From Candidatus Binatia bacterium (GTDB lineage: Bacteria; Desulfobacterota; Binatia; HRBIN30): a stretch of 64,000 bases of DNA. Positions within the stretch are counted from its first letter, which is position 1; every line of letters starts with the position of its first letter. The translations under genes were made by a program, and so were the position numbers. The notes under the pieces were generated by a model that saw nothing but the letters and a program-made list of their open reading frames with translations, was not told the DNA's origin and did not search any database. This document shows positions 26,452 to 37,371 of the stretch, piece after piece. The stretch is taken from positions 250,879-314,878 of the forward strand of contig BPIR01000003.1 in the NCBI GenBank assembly GCA_026004215.1, in the 5' to 3' direction.

Positions 26452-29400
26452 ACGGCTTCCAGGCGCACCGCGGATCGCGCCAGGGCCGGCGATGCCGAAC
26501 TTACTTCGACCCAGAGCGTGGCCGGCAAGGTCATGGCTTCCGCACTCGCAGCCGCAAAGTGCAGTTGGCCGCCGACCGCGCGTTGGGCCACGAGCGGTGG
26601 CTTGCCCTGCACCACCAGGCGGGCACCAATGGAGCGCACGCGTCGCGGATCGTAAGTCACGCGGGCTTCCAGCGCCGAGAACGCGGTGGGAAGGGCGATA
26701 CGGTAAGGGATGCGGTGCAGCGTTTGCCGGCCGCGCCGCAAGAGCCGCGGCTGTCCCCGCTGGACGCGTCCGATTGCCCCCTGAACCGCCGGAGGAGTTT
26801 GCCACGACGCGTTCACGTCGCCGATGAGAACCCCGAGAAAGTCTTGCCCACTCGCACTGGCGCCGAGTGGGGCGTATTCGATGGCGCCGCTCACACATGG
26901 GCTGAGAGATGGCTGGGGCATCAGAAGAGACTGATTGGGAACCGGGTCCGGTACGGGGATGAACTGCCAAGGAGACCCACAGCTCACCGTCGCCGGGAGT
27001 GTCGCAATAGCCCCCACGACGTAGCGAAGCAGCACGGCGGCATCGGCCGCAGTCACTTGACCCGATGCATCCACGTCCGCTGCGAGCGCCTCGCTCGTGC
27101 TCAATGTTCGTAAGCCCACTGCGCCCTGCAAAATCATCACCGCGTCGCTTGCGGTGATCGCTCCCGAGCCGCTGGCATCGAGCCATGGCTCGATGCGGTT
27201 CGATCCGACAACGGCTTGCCCAAAGGTGAACGTTCCTGTCGAGTCGGTCATGACCTCGACGGGGGGATTGGCCAGACGCACGTGTGTGCCCGCCATCGGC
27301 TGCAGACTTCCGTGGTAGCGAATAACGCCCGAGAGTTGGACGGTGGGCACGGTCGTCGCCGTGGGGGACATTGTTGGAGAAAAGCTCGCGGTTTGAGTGG
27401 GCGTCTGGGTACGGGAAGGTGTCGCCGTCCGAGTTGGGCTCGCCGTTGCGGTGTGCGTTCGTGTGAACGTCGGCGAGGGCGACGCAGTTGGGGACCGCGT
27501 GGCGGTTCGACTCGGCGTTGCGGTGTCGGTCGGTGTGAAGCTCGGCGTGCGGGTGTGTGTGGGTGTTCCCGAGAATGTGCGGGTTGGGGTCAACGTTGGG
27601 CTGGGTGTTTCGCTGCGAGTGGCAGTGGCCGTCTGTGTCGGAGTGAGAGTGCGTGTCGCCGTCATGGTGGCGGTGGGAGCGGGCGTCGAGGTCCAGGACG
27701 GGGTCGGGGTGAGGGAAGGTGTGGTCGTGATCGTTGGCGAAGGTGTTTCCGTAAACGTCGGCGTGATCGTTGGGGTGGCGCTCGGCGGCAAAGTTTGTGT
27801 GAATGTCGGCGTGGAGGTCGCCGTTCCGGTTGCAGTGGGAGGCACGGTATCGGTGGGAGTGGCGGAGACCGTTGGCGTGTTCGTGTGAGTCGCTGTGGCG
27901 CTGAGCGTGGGAGTCCACGAGGGCGTGAACGTGGATGTCGGAGTGCGAGACGGCGTTGCGGTGTTGGTGGGAGTTCGGGTTGCGGTCTCGGTTGCCGTCG
28001 CCGTGAACGTACGCGTCGGCGTCCCTGTGCGCGTCGGTGTTGCGGTAAAGCTGGCCGTCGGCGTGCGCGTAGGGGTCCGCGTGGTCGTGGGTGTACGGGT
28101 GAGCGACGGCGTTGGCGTCGCTGTCAGGGTTCTCGTGGGTGTGACGGTGGCAGTATCGGTTGCCGTTGGGCTGGGTGTGGGGCTGCGCGTTTCCGTTGGG
28201 GTGAAGCTAGGGCCGGAGTAGGGGTAAACGAACTGCATCGCCGCGATGTCATCTGCCCGAACCTCAGCGCAGCGGCCATCGTTGTGCGCCCGATAATACA
28301 TTGTGGCGTCTTTGAGTGTGAAGTTAGGCTCGGTAGGGTTTTCCGAAGAATGCCCGAGGCCTATGCTGTGGCCCACTTCATGAGTCAGCACCTCGGCAAC
28401 CAAGCACGGGGTCCAAAATTGAGGGCACTGCGTAGACCAGCCGTCGTTGAGAACGACTTTGCCGGTGGTGATCGCGTTGAAAGTCGTGCCGTTCACGGTG
28501 ACCTGGTAAAACCCGCTGGAGCAATAGCCTCCAATTGCGAGCGTGCCGGAGCAATTGTTGGGGTCGCTGATTTCGCCCCGTGGATCGTCGAACACGATGC
28601 GGTTGAAGCCGCAACCGCCGTAACCGAGCGGAGTCGGGGTGGGAAATCCAGGAGCTGGTGTGGGAGTGGGGCTGATGACGCCGCCGTAGTTCAACACCAG
28701 TCCCGCTCCGGGCACAGAGCTCCACGCGGCCAACGCGTCGGCGACGGCTTGCATCGAGGCTGTCGGACCTAGCCCAGAGTCGATGGTGCTCTCATACGTC
28801 ACGGGCGTGCCCGAGTCGGCTTGGTGCCAGCGCGCCGGCGGGCTACCGAGCAGGGTAAAGGCCGCGTGATACTCGTAAAGCGCGCTCGGGTCCTCGACTG
28901 CACTCGCAGTCGGAGGTGCACTGGGCATGCTTCCCGGGTTTTCGGAACTTCCAGAAGCCAGTGCGCGAATCAGATCGAGAAAAGTCTCTAGCTCTTGTTC
29001 GCGTGGCGCCGCCGAGGCAAACCCTCCGCCCGGTGCGGCGAAGACCGAGCCCGGTCCCGGATCGCCCACGGCGACGCGCACTCCGTCGCTACGCTGTCGA
29101 ATCCCGAACTTTCCCAGAGCGAGCGAGTTGATCTGCCAATGACCCTCACGGTCTCGCGCGAGGAACAGCACCACGTCTTCGCCGAGAAAGAACTGTGGGG
29201 CCCCGAAAATCCACTCGATGCGCTCTCCCACCTGCCCGCCGGGCACGCGCACGTTCACACTGGGTTCGGGCAGCGCACCTTTGATGGTTTCGAACACCCG
29301 CACGCCAATCCAAGTGGCGATTGCGTCATCTCCGGTGATTGTGGAGCGAATTTCTGTGACCCGTCCGACGACGATGCACTCCGAACTCGCGACTAAGGCT

Positions 29401-29507
29401 TCGTCGCTCATGGGCACGAACGTGGTGGCCCTTGCCGCAAGAGCAGTCAAGCAAGTCGCCACCAGCGAAGCGAGAAAAATTGCCCGACAACCGATCGAAT
29501 GCTGCAT
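26439..29507 (-). CDS. secreted metzincin (matrixin-like) protease - PT linker - CarboxypepD_reg-like - dockerin-like - cohesin-like
   Basis: Start set at ATG 29507 ([27 protein letters not shown] signal). [12 protein letters not shown] plus Met-turn ATMYY. About 290-aa Pro/Thr linker. LSGVIRYHG...TDSTGTFTF. Dockerin loops [17 protein letters not shown] and [23 protein letters not shown]-terminal [13 protein letters not shown] block. Confidence 0.75.
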   Translation of the reverse strand: MQHSIGCRAIFLASLVATCLTALAARATTFVPMSDEALVASSECIVVGRVTEIRSTITGDDAIATWIGVRVFETIKGALPEPSVNVRVPGGQVGERIEWIFGAPQFFLGEDVVLFLARDREGHWQINSLALGKFGIRQRSDGVRVAVGDPGPGSVFAAPGGGFASAAPREQELETFLDLIRALASGSSENPGSMPSAPPTASAVEDPSALYEYHAAFTLLGSPPARWHQADSGTPVTYESTIDSGLGPTASMQAVADALAAWSSVPGAGLVLNYGGVISPTPTPAPGFPTPTPLGYGGCGFNRIVFDDPRGEISDPNNCSGTLAIGGYCSSGFYQVTVNGTTFNAITTGKVVLNDGWSTQCPQFWTPCLVAEVLTHEVGHSIGLGHSSENPTEPNFTLKDATMYYRAHNDGRCAEVRADDIAAMQFVYPYSGPSFTPTETRSPTPSPTATDTATVTPTRTLTATPTPSLTRTPTTTRTPTRTPTASFTATPTRTGTPTRTFTATATETATRTPTNTATPSRTPTSTFTPSWTPTLSATATHTNTPTVSATPTDTVPPTATGTATSTPTFTQTLPPSATPTITPTFTETPSPTITTTPSLTPTPSWTSTPAPTATMTATRTLTPTQTATATRSETPSPTLTPTRTFSGTPTHTRTPSFTPTDTATPSRTATRSPTASPSPTFTRTHTATASPTRTATPSRTQTPTQTASFSPTMSPTATTVPTVQLSGVIRYHGSLQPMAGTHVRLANPPVEVMTDSTGTFTFGQAVVGSNRIEPWLDASGSGAITASDAVMILQGAVGLRTLSTSEALAADVDASGQVTAADAAVLLRYVVGAIATLPATVSCGSPWQFIPVPDPVPNQSLLMPQPSLSPCVSGAIEYAPLGASASGQDFLGVLIGDVNASWQTPPAVQGAIGRVQRGQPRLLRRGRQTLHRIPYRIALPTAFSALEARVTYDPRRVRSIGARLVVQGKPPLVAQRAVGGQLHFAAASAEAMTLPATLWVEVSSASPALARSAVRLEAVQVE
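27341..28210 (-). repeat. Pro/Thr-rich low-complexity linker coding region (about 290 codons)
   Basis: Runs from [18 protein letters not shown]... to ...[15 protein letters not shown]. Produces spurious GV-rich and Arg-rich ORFs in other frames. Confidence 0.9.
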
Positions 29508-29610
29508 GCGGAACAAATTCCTCGTCAGTCTGATACTGGGATTCGTGCCACCGCGGTGGAGGGTGCACAAGTGAGAATTTGCGCTCGCTCCGACAAGGCG
29601 ACCCGCGAGC

Positions 29611-32600
29611 CTATTCGATGCTCGACTGGGTGATGATGACCTGTCTTCGGCTGGGTCGTGCGCCCTGCCCGAAGCTGAGCCAACCAAGGATGTCGGGAGC
29701 TGGATTTGCGTGGACACGGGCGAGTGCGAAGCTGATTTCATCCGGTCCGATCCGGTAAGCGGCGAGGGCGGATAGCGATTTGGAGCGGAGCGAAAGTTTT
29801 GCACGCCCGAGCCGATCTCGGTCGAAGCGAATTCGTGCGGTCACCGCATTCCACGAGCCAGCGCCACGAACTTCGATGGGTACTCGCCACTGCCCGCGAA
29901 AGTGCCGGGGCGTCCCTAGTCGGATCGAGACGGGCTTCTGTGCAAGTTCTGCTTTTCGTTGTCGCAACGCCGCTCGGGCGATCAGGCCCGATCCGTCCAC
30001 CCGTGCAGACTGGAAATCGCCGTTACAATCTCCCATCAACCCGGAGACAAAGTCGAGACCCTGAATGTCTTGCATGACGCCACTGAGCGACACCTGCAAG
30101 ACCGTCCCACAGTTGTTCGTCGTGACCGGCGTCGGCGTGGCCACCGGCGGGAGCGAGCCAGCGGGCAGGACGATCCACGAGCCCACGCAGGAGTTCGCGG
30201 GCGCTATGCCCACGACGTAGCGCAGTATCGCCACGGCATCCGAAGCAGTTAGGGAGCCGTTTCCGTCCGCGTCGCAAGTCTTTTGTTTGAGCTCGTTTCC
30301 AGAAACCGTGCCGGTGACCATCCGAAGCACCTCGACCGCATCGCCGGCACTGATGGGCTGACTACCGGTGCTGATGCGCGCCATGAGGGTGTGCGCCTCA
30401 TCAGGTAAAGCGGCAACTCGCACAGACCCAGGGGGCACGCCATCGATTTGGTACGCTCCATCGCTTCCAGTAAGCGCAAGCAGGGAACCGAAATCGCTCT
30501 CCGCCCGCACCGGAACGTTGGGAAGTGGAGAGGTGACATCGAAGTAACCCACCCGGCCACTGAGACGCAGCGCGGCAAGTGTGGGTGTAGCGGTAGGTGT
30601 CGGGCTTGCGGTGTTGGAGGGCCGTGGGCTCGCGGTAAAAGTTTCGGTCGGCGTGGGCGTGCGGGTCGGGCTGCTGGTGGGCGACGAAGTGGGCGTGCGT
30701 GTCGGTGTTTGGGAAGGAGACGACGACGGCGATGGAGTGGGCGATCGTGTCGGCGTTTCGGTTCGGGTTCGCGTTGGCGTTGTCGTGCTGGACGGGGTGC
30801 GCGTCGCCGTCCGAGTTGGAGTTCGCGTTGGGGTCAACGTCAGCGTAAACGTGTTGGTCGCGCTGGCCGTGGAGGTAGCCGTGCGGGTTGGCGTGTGCGT
30901 GCGCGTGGGCGTTGCGGTGAGGGTCGAGGTGTGTGTCGCCGTGAGTGTAGGTGTCAAGGTGTGAGTCGAAGTGGGCGAGTTCGTTGCCGTGCGCGTCGGA
31001 GTGAACGTGTTCGTCGGGGTACGTGTGAACGTCACCGTGGGCGTGCTCGACGGAGTGAACGTCGGAGTGGACGTACGGGTGTAGGTTCTCGTCGGCGTCA
31101 TCGTTCGGGTGGGCGTAAAGGTGAACGTGTTCGTGGCCGTGGGTGTCTGACTGGGTGTGGACGTGGCCGTGGCTGTGGGCGACCACGTGCGAGTGGGCGT
31201 GATCGTGGGCGACGGTGTGTCGGTGCGGGTCGGCGTTCGAGTCGGGGTACCTGTGGGCGTAAAGGAGTTCGTGGGGGTGAATGTGGAGGTTGGAGAACGA
31301 CTCGGCGTTTGGGTCGGCGTGGTCGTTGGTGTGCTCGTGTTGGTTGCGGTGGCAGTGACTGTCGGCGTCTGAGTGGGAGTGGGGGTCCCTGTTGCCGTGA
31401 AGGAGTTCGTTGCTGTGGCGCTGGCAGTGGGCGTAAACGTCGGCGAAGGGGAACGTGTCGGGCTGGGGCTCGCTGTCGGAGTTGGCCGGTTGGTTGGGGT
31501 CCACGCGGCAGTAGCGGTTGGGCTCGGAGTACTGGTGGGCACACTGGTTGGCGGCGGAGGCAGGGTAAAGTCGAGCGTGGCCACTCGCACGCGCGCGGCA
31601 TCGGGGACCGAGAGGAACAGATGGCCGTCGCTGTCCAGCGTTAGGCCGGTTACTCGCGAGATGCCCGCGGCCAGTGCCGGGCCGCCGTCTCCCGTATTCA
31701 ACGCAGTGCCATTGCCCACCACCGTCGTGATGACTCCGCTCGCCGCGTCCACTCGCCGGATCCGGTAGTTGCCCGCATCGGCAATCAGCAAATTTCCGAA
31801 CAGATCGAATGCAATGCGCGTGGGTGCCGAGAGTTGCGCTTGCGTGGCGGGTCCCCCGTCTCCGCTAAAGCCAGCCCAACCGGTGCCCGCAATGCGTTCC
31901 AGCAAACCGCCGCGAATACGGCGGATCATGTTGTTGCCGCGGTCCACGAAATACAAGCTGCCATCCGGCCCGATGGCCACGTCGGTGGGACCGGCGAGCG
32001 GGGACTGTGCTGCTACGGCGCCATCGGGCGGGTTGCCCCACGAGCCGTTGCCGGCAACCGTGGTGATGATCCCCGCTTCCACCTTGCGCACGCGGTTGTT
32101 CTGCAAATCCGCGATGTACAAAATGCGGCCATCCGCGGAAACGGCCACGCTCCAAGGGTTGGCCAGCGTCGCTTGTGTGGCTGGGATTCCGTCACCGTTG
32201 TATCCGAACGCTCCCGTGCCTGCGATTGTGGAAATGACGCCGGTTGTCGCGTCTAGCTTCCTCACGCGGTGGCCGTTGAGTTCGGCAATATAAAGGTTGC
32301 CCGACATGTCGGCCGCGACGGCGAGCGGATTTGTCAGTTGAGCGCTAATCGCCAAGCCGCCGTCTCCGCAAGGAGAGCCTGTGCTGCAGGGGCTGCCGTT
32401 GCCCGCCACCGTGGTGATTGTCCCGGTTAGCGAGCTGACCATTCGCACCCGGTGATTGGCGCTGTCCGCAATGTACAGCTCGAAGCCCGCACCATTGGTA
32501 AACTCGTGTACGAGCAGGCCCATGGGATCTACCAGCGCGTCCGCCGCCGTGCCGCCGTCGCCCACGCCTCCGCCAACGAGCGGCGACACGATACCGCTCG

Positions 32601-33831
32601 GTGGCACCGCACGTACGCGATCTTCCGTGTTGGGCGGAGCTGCCACGTACTGGCCAATGTATACGGCAGCCCGTAGCACCATCAGTGGCAAGACCCGTAA
32701 GCAGGGCAAAGCTCGTTTGCGTCGCCAGCCCACCGTCCGGTGAGGGCGCGCGCGTGCCGTTGCCGGCGACGGTTTTGATGATGGACTGTCCAGTAATCAG
32801 ACCGCCAACCGATTCGAGTCGGCGGACGCGGTTGTTGCCGACGTCCGTGAAGTACAAATTTCCGCCGGGTCGAAGGCGAGCTTGCCCGGATTGAAAATCC
32901 TCGCTGCAGATGCCGGCCCATTGTCGCCAGTAAAAGCCTGAATGCCGTCGCCAACCACGGTTGTAATCGTTCCTTGCATGTCCACGCGGCGAATACGCGA
33001 GTTGGCGAAATCGGCGATGAAGAGGTTGCCCGCGTCATCGAGTGCGACGTGCCACGGGTTGGCGAGCTTGGCTTGAGTAGCCGGGCCACCGTCGCCGCTG
33101 TATCCCCATGCCCCCGTGCCGGCGACCGTAGTGATGATGCCGTTCGGTCCGACCTTGCGCACGCGGTTACCGTCGGACTCTGCAATATAAAGGTTGCCTG
33201 CGCTGTCGAGGGCAAGCCCGCGCGGCGCATTCACGCTGGCACTGGTCGCGGGGCCACCATCGCCGTTGCTGAACCCACGGCCGTCCCCGACGACGGTGAC
33301 GATAGTGCCGTCGGATGAAACCTTGCGTACGCGGTGGTTGAACGTATCGGCAACGTACAACTCGCCCCCGGCTCCGCAGATCACGTCTGTTGGAAAATTC
33401 AGTTGCGCCGCCAAGGCCGGGCCTCCATCGCCGGAAAAACCTTTGGTGCCGGTACCGGCTACGGTCGTGATGGTCAGCTTTACGAGATCCACTTTGCGCA
33501 CTCGGTGATTGAGCCCATCGGCGATAAACAGCACTCGCCCGCAAACCGCGAGCCCACGCGGGTCCACGATGCCATTCCATGCAACGCCGCCGTCGCCCAC
33601 GCCTCCCCCAACCACAGTGGCGATGAAGCCCGTGGGCGGAAAGTCGAGAGCCGAGCTGCGAGGGCACCAGGGCGCAAAGAAAAAAACCAGAAAGTAAGCG
33701 AGCAAGTGCGGAAATCCGCTTCGCCTGGTGGAGCAGAGTCTCGCAACGCTGGGTGGGAGTTGGTGAAACTTGTTACGCATTCGGAGTTTCCAGAACTGCC
33801 GGCACCGGATGCATGATGCCTTTCTTGTCAC
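29611..33831 (-). pseudogene. double NHL-repeat beta-propeller - PT linker - CarboxypepD_reg-like - dockerin-like - cohesin-like protein, frame broken twice
   Basis: Three consecutive track ORFs (32797..33831, 32345..32857, 29611..32733) each carry NHL repeats (e.g. [56 protein letters not shown]). One NHL blade is split at about 32862 (KLAFDPA / GNLYFTDVGNN), and a second shift lies at about 32660-32700. Likely start is ATG 33780. The C-terminal cassette is as in 26439..29507. Confidence 0.7.
30583..31565 (-). repeat. Pro/Thr-rich linker coding region (about 330 codons)
   Basis: Runs from [24 protein letters not shown]... to ...[10 protein letters not shown]. Confidence 0.9.
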
Positions 33832-34281
33832 CGGAATCGGTGTCGCGGAGGCGCGCGAAATCTGTGCCAGCCTCGCTATGCGAGTACGGGTGCGCCACGG
33901 TACGGGCGATCGGCAGGCGCCTCGATTGTTGTCGGCAAAAAAATGGCGTTGTTGTCACAGTTTCGTTCGCTTGCAGGTGGGTTCGGGCTCCTGCCCCGAG
34001 GGCAGAGCCCACGGCTTCACGCACTTCCGCAACCGCCTCCAATCCCAGTTTGCCCGCGTGCCGCTGGAAACCACCAGTTTGCGGGCTCGCAAAACATCTC
34101 GCAAATCGCCGGCTGAATCAACAAGAAAAATCGGCCTGCCGCAACGTGGCGAGATGTGCTGGCCGCGAGCCGGCGACGGCCTGCATCTCATGGACCGCTG
34201 TCAAAATCAGCATCGCGATTTTGTCCGGTACCGTCTCCATCTCCCGCGGATGGCTGCGCGAGAGAAACGGTAGTTTGCGAT

Positions 34282-34310
34282 TGACAGCGGTCATTTCCTG
34301 GTGATAGGGA
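34282..34310 (+). promoter_or_regulatory. possible sigma70-type promoter for the PT-protein genes
   Basis: Perfect -35 TTGACA at 34282-34287 followed by TGGTGATAGG about 15-17 nt later, about 70 nt upstream of ATG 34380. Weak call. Confidence 0.25.
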
Positions 34311-34379
34311 GAAGTCCCCGTTAGCGGGGCTCTTTTGGGCAGAACGTAGAACGTGGCACAGAAGCAAAGGAGTTTGCGG

Positions 34380-35621
34380 ATGGCGAGAGGACGAATGCAG
34401 AGGGGAGATGTGGGTTCGCGGAGGATTGTTTGTGGCTTGGCGGGTGTCGTCATCGGCGTACTTTGCGTTGGCCGCCAGGCGGAAGCCCAGTTCAGCCTTT
34501 CGTTCAACCAGCGGGCTTCGAACGGTACGGTCTATGAAGTCATCGTCGTGCCGAACCCTCCCTTGAGTGCCGGCGCCGATCAGATGCGCATCACGACCAT
34601 CGCCGGTTCCACATCCGGTGTTCAGTCGTGTTCTTCCACCGGAGGGAGTTCGGGTCAAAACACTGCGGCGGTTGCTGGGGTGGATCCGAACATCGGTTCC
34701 TTGCATCCGTTTGCTGCGGTCCTTCGCACCAACGTATTGACGCCCGCAAACGTATCCTCTGTTTCGTTTAACGCCGGTGGAGGCGGGCGCTTGACGATCG
34801 GCGGAATTGATATCTGCGCCAACCCGGCGGACTGCACCGGCGGCGCTCCGGATGCGACGATCTTCGACCTCGATGGGAACCCAGTTGCGGCGGGCTCCGT
34901 GACGGGCACCGCCGTGCCGCCGGCTTGCATCGCCTCCGGCGTAACGGCTTTGTGCTCTTCGGGTAACTTCAACACTTTCGGTTTCGACTTGCCCCGCGAT
35001 TCGAACACAAAAGCTTGCCAAGCCCCGCCCACTACGAATCGGACGGTATGTGGTTCGCCGCCAACGGACGGCTTTACCGTAGGCCCGGGCCAGGTCGTGG
35101 TATTCATCTATGACGGCAACTTGGCGAACACCGGATTTAGTGTAGGCGCGGCTGGTTTTGGGATCGACACGGACGGGGTCAACAATCCTAATTGTGCGGC
35201 AAATAGCGTGATCACGGCCGACGGCCAAAACCCGAGCGCTCCGCCCCCACCGCCTCCGACGCCCACCAACACTCCGTCAAACACGCCTACACCCACGAGC
35301 ACTCCGACGCACACCTTTACCCTGACCCCGACGGACACGCCGACGAACACTCCCACGCCTACCAATACACCGACACCCACGTTCACCCTGACGCCGACGA
35401 ACACCCCGACAAACACGCGTACGAATACGCCAACCGCTACCCGTACGAACACACCAACGAATACCCCCACAAACACGCACACACCGACACCCAGCCCGTC
35501 GCCCACACCGCCGCCGATACCGGTGGTGCCCTCTCCGATCTCGCCTGCGGGTGCGGCCATGATCAGTGGCCTGGCTGCGGCCCTGGTGTGGATGATGCGT
35601 CGGGCACTGCGCCGAGGCTAG
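34380..35621 (+). CDS. secreted protein: unknown Cys-rich N-domain - PT repeats - PEP-CTERM-like C-terminal sorting signal (paralog A)
   Basis: AAGGAG 7 nt upstream of ATG 34380; signal-like [24 protein letters not shown]. About 260-aa domain alignable to paralog B. TPTNTP repeats. Tail [38 protein letters not shown]. Confidence 0.8.
   Translation: MARGRMQRGDVGSRRIVCGLAGVVIGVLCVGRQAEAQFSLSFNQRASNGTVYEVIVVPNPPLSAGADQMRITTIAGSTSGVQSCSSTGGSSGQNTAAVAGVDPNIGSLHPFAAVLRTNVLTPANVSSVSFNAGGGGRLTIGGIDICANPADCTGGAPDATIFDLDGNPVAAGSVTGTAVPPACIASGVTALCSSGNFNTFGFDLPRDSNTKACQAPPTTNRTVCGSPPTDGFTVGPGQVVVFIYDGNLANTGFSVGAAGFGIDTDGVNNPNCAANSVITADGQNPSAPPPPPPTPTNTPSNTPTPTSTPTHTFTLTPTDTPTNTPTPTNTPTPTFTLTPTNTPTNTRTNTPTATRTNTPTNTPTNTHTPTPSPSPTPPPIPVVPSPISPAGAAMISGLAAALVWMMRRALRRG
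35239..35510 (+). repeat. Pro/Thr repeat coding region (about 90 codons)
   Basis: Runs from [25 protein letters not shown]... to ...[12 protein letters not shown]. Confidence 0.9.
35511..35618 (+). other. C-terminal tripartite sorting signal, copy A
   Basis: PPIPVVPSP motif, 17-18 hydrophobic residues ([16 protein letters not shown]), then basic RRALRRG at the extreme C-terminus. Confidence 0.65.
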
Positions 35622-35668
35622 GAAAGTTCACGAAGGGTTAACCGGACCGTTTTGGAGGCTAGGGAGCC

Positions 35669-37144
35669 GTGAATTGGCTAGAGAGGCATTTCCGCTTGGT
35701 ATGTCGCGGCGCCTTAGCCTCTGCCCTTGTGGCGGCGCTGATTGCTAGCTGGCGAGTGGAAGTACTGGCGCAGCTCAATCAAGCCTCCTCCCAGCGGGCG
35801 GCGGACGGCACGGTGTACCATGTGATCATTGTTCCGCCGACACCGCTCAATGCAGGTGCGGAGGAAGTGCGTGTCACCACGTTAGCCGGTGGGGTTCAGG
35901 GTTTGGTATCTTGCTCCGGGGTTGTGGGCGGACAGGCCGCACTGGCGCGCGCGCTCGTCGGCGCCGATCCGGGGGCTGGTCAAACCCTTTTCCCGGCTGC
36001 GCAGATCAGCCGTACCACCGTTCTGAACCCTCCTTCCTTGACGGTGTCGTTCTCTCCGGGAGGAGGGGGCCGGCTCACGTTCGGATCGGGTCCGACCGGC
36101 TTGCAAATTTGCCGTAACCCTGCGGACTGCACAGGCCCCGAAACGGTCGTGCCCTTGGTATCCATTTCTACTGCTGACAGTAGTGTGCCGAAGGCGTGCG
36201 TGGCGTCGAATGTCGGTGCAGGCTGTATGAGCGCCTTGGTGAACACGTACGGCTTCGGCTTGGATGCGAACAACGACGGGAACTGCGACGCGCCCCCGAC
36301 CACCGACACGAACGTGTGCGCCTCCACCCCTGCGGACGGTTTCAGTATCCCGGCCGGACGAGCCATCGTGTTCGTGTACGATAGCGGGCTTGCGAATACG
36401 GGATTTACCATCGGTGTTGCGGGCTTCGGCATAGATACGGACGGCACCAACGACCCGCAGTGTAGCGCTAACCAGGTTGTGAGTGCGGACGGACAAAACC
36501 AAAGCGCACCACCGCCTCCACCACCGACATTCACGCCGACGAATACACCCACTGAGACCCCCACGCCGACAAACACACCGACGGATACCCCAACGCAAAC
36601 TCCTACGCATACCCCGACGAGTACGCCCACGGAGACACCGACACACACTCCGACGAATACACCGACCAACACGCCGACGCACACTCCGACGAGTACGCCG
36701 ACCAACACCCCGACGAACACCCCGACAAACACGCCGACGAACACGCCGACCAACACGCCGACGCACACTCCAACGAACACGCCTACCAACACACCGACGC
36801 ACACGCCGACGCACACCCCGACGAACACGCCGACCAATACGCCCACACACACTCCCACGAACACTCCGACCAATACGCCCACCCATACTCCCACCCCGAC
36901 TCCGACGCCGACGTCAACGGACACCCCGACCCCAACGCCCACGGCAACGTTTACCCCCACCCACACGATGACGCCTACAGACACGCCGACCCTTACGCCC
37001 ACCCGGACGCGGACGCCGACGCGGACACCGCCGCCGATTCCGGTCATTCCCTCGCCGAGTGCGCCGAGCGGACTGGTGATGATTGCTACTCTGGCAATCG
37101 CACTGGCGTGGCTCTTGGGCCGCTCGCTGCGAACGAGCCGTTAA
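35669..37144 (+). CDS. secreted protein: unknown Cys-rich N-domain - PT repeats - PEP-CTERM-like C-terminal sorting signal (paralog B)
   Basis: GTG 35669; hydrophobic N-terminus [14 protein letters not shown]. Shares with paralog A the blocks DGTVYxVIxVP, GGGGRLT, CxNPADCTG, [15 protein letters not shown] and [14 protein letters not shown]. Tail [39 protein letters not shown]. Confidence 0.8.
   Translation: MNWLERHFRLVCRGALASALVAALIASWRVEVLAQLNQASSQRAADGTVYHVIIVPPTPLNAGAEEVRVTTLAGGVQGLVSCSGVVGGQAALARALVGADPGAGQTLFPAAQISRTTVLNPPSLTVSFSPGGGGRLTFGSGPTGLQICRNPADCTGPETVVPLVSISTADSSVPKACVASNVGAGCMSALVNTYGFGLDANNDGNCDAPPTTDTNVCASTPADGFSIPAGRAIVFVYDSGLANTGFTIGVAGFGIDTDGTNDPQCSANQVVSADGQNQSAPPPPPPTFTPTNTPTETPTPTNTPTDTPTQTPTHTPTSTPTETPTHTPTNTPTNTPTHTPTSTPTNTPTNTPTNTPTNTPTNTPTHTPTNTPTNTPTHTPTHTPTNTPTNTPTHTPTNTPTNTPTHTPTPTPTPTSTDTPTPTPTATFTPTHTMTPTDTPTLTPTRTRTPTRTPPPIPVIPSPSAPSGLVMIATLAIALAWLLGRSLRTSR
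36506..37027 (+). repeat. 12-nt periodic tandem repeat coding (T-P-T-[NH])n, about 175 codons
   Basis: Reiterated units ACGCCGACGAAC / ACGCCGACCAAC / ACGCCGACGCAC, giving [14 protein letters not shown]... Confidence 0.9.
37028..37141 (+). other. C-terminal tripartite sorting signal, copy B
   Basis: [10 protein letters not shown] motif + [15 protein letters not shown] + GRSLRTSR. Confidence 0.65.
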
Positions 37145-37371
37145 GCTCCTATCCTGCACTGCACCGAGCGCAGGAACGTCGAAGCTCGCGCTGGCCTCGA
37201 CGCAAAACAATTTGACTGTGGCTGAAGTGTTCGCCTCTAGCGCGTTCCACGTGCGGATCACGTGCGACGGCATCGGCAACATTCAATGGTGCTGACCCAG
37301 CAGCAGAGTGTGCGGTGCTTGCGAAAATGACTTGCGAACGCTCCTTCGGTGGGTGAGAAGAACAAGGCACA

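Noticed and set aside
26374-28772. ORFs 26374..27918 (-, His/Arg-rich), 27216..28772 (+, Arg/Gly-rich) and 27397..28221 (+, GV-rich)
   Set aside because: Alternate-frame or antisense readings of PT-linker DNA inside the metzincin gene.
30401-31768. ORFs 30401..31504 (-), 30448..31644 (+), 30581..30964 (+), 31157..31372 (+) and 31373..31768 (+)
   Set aside because: Alternate-frame or antisense readings of the NHL protein's PT linker (His/Asp-, Arg/Gly- or Gly/Val-rich low complexity).
29611-32733. Treating 29611..32733 as an intact stand-alone gene starting at GTG 32733
   Set aside because: Not fully excluded, because the N-terminus is signal-like. However, the overlapping upstream frame keeps NHL-repeat character up to about 32680 and joins smoothly onto this frame. 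The upstream part is independently frame-broken, so a single disrupted gene is the simpler reading.
34118-34294. 59-codon minus-strand ORF (MTAVNRKLPFLSRSHPREMETVPDKIAMLILTAVHEMQAVAG...) in the divergent intergenic region
   Set aside because: No SD and no recognisable family. The adjacent frames look like unrelated fragments. Possibly real, but I cannot support it.
36506-37027. Regular short repeats as a CRISPR array
   Set aside because: The period is 12 nt with no unique spacers. It lies inside an ORF and codes (TPTN)n, and no cas genes are present.
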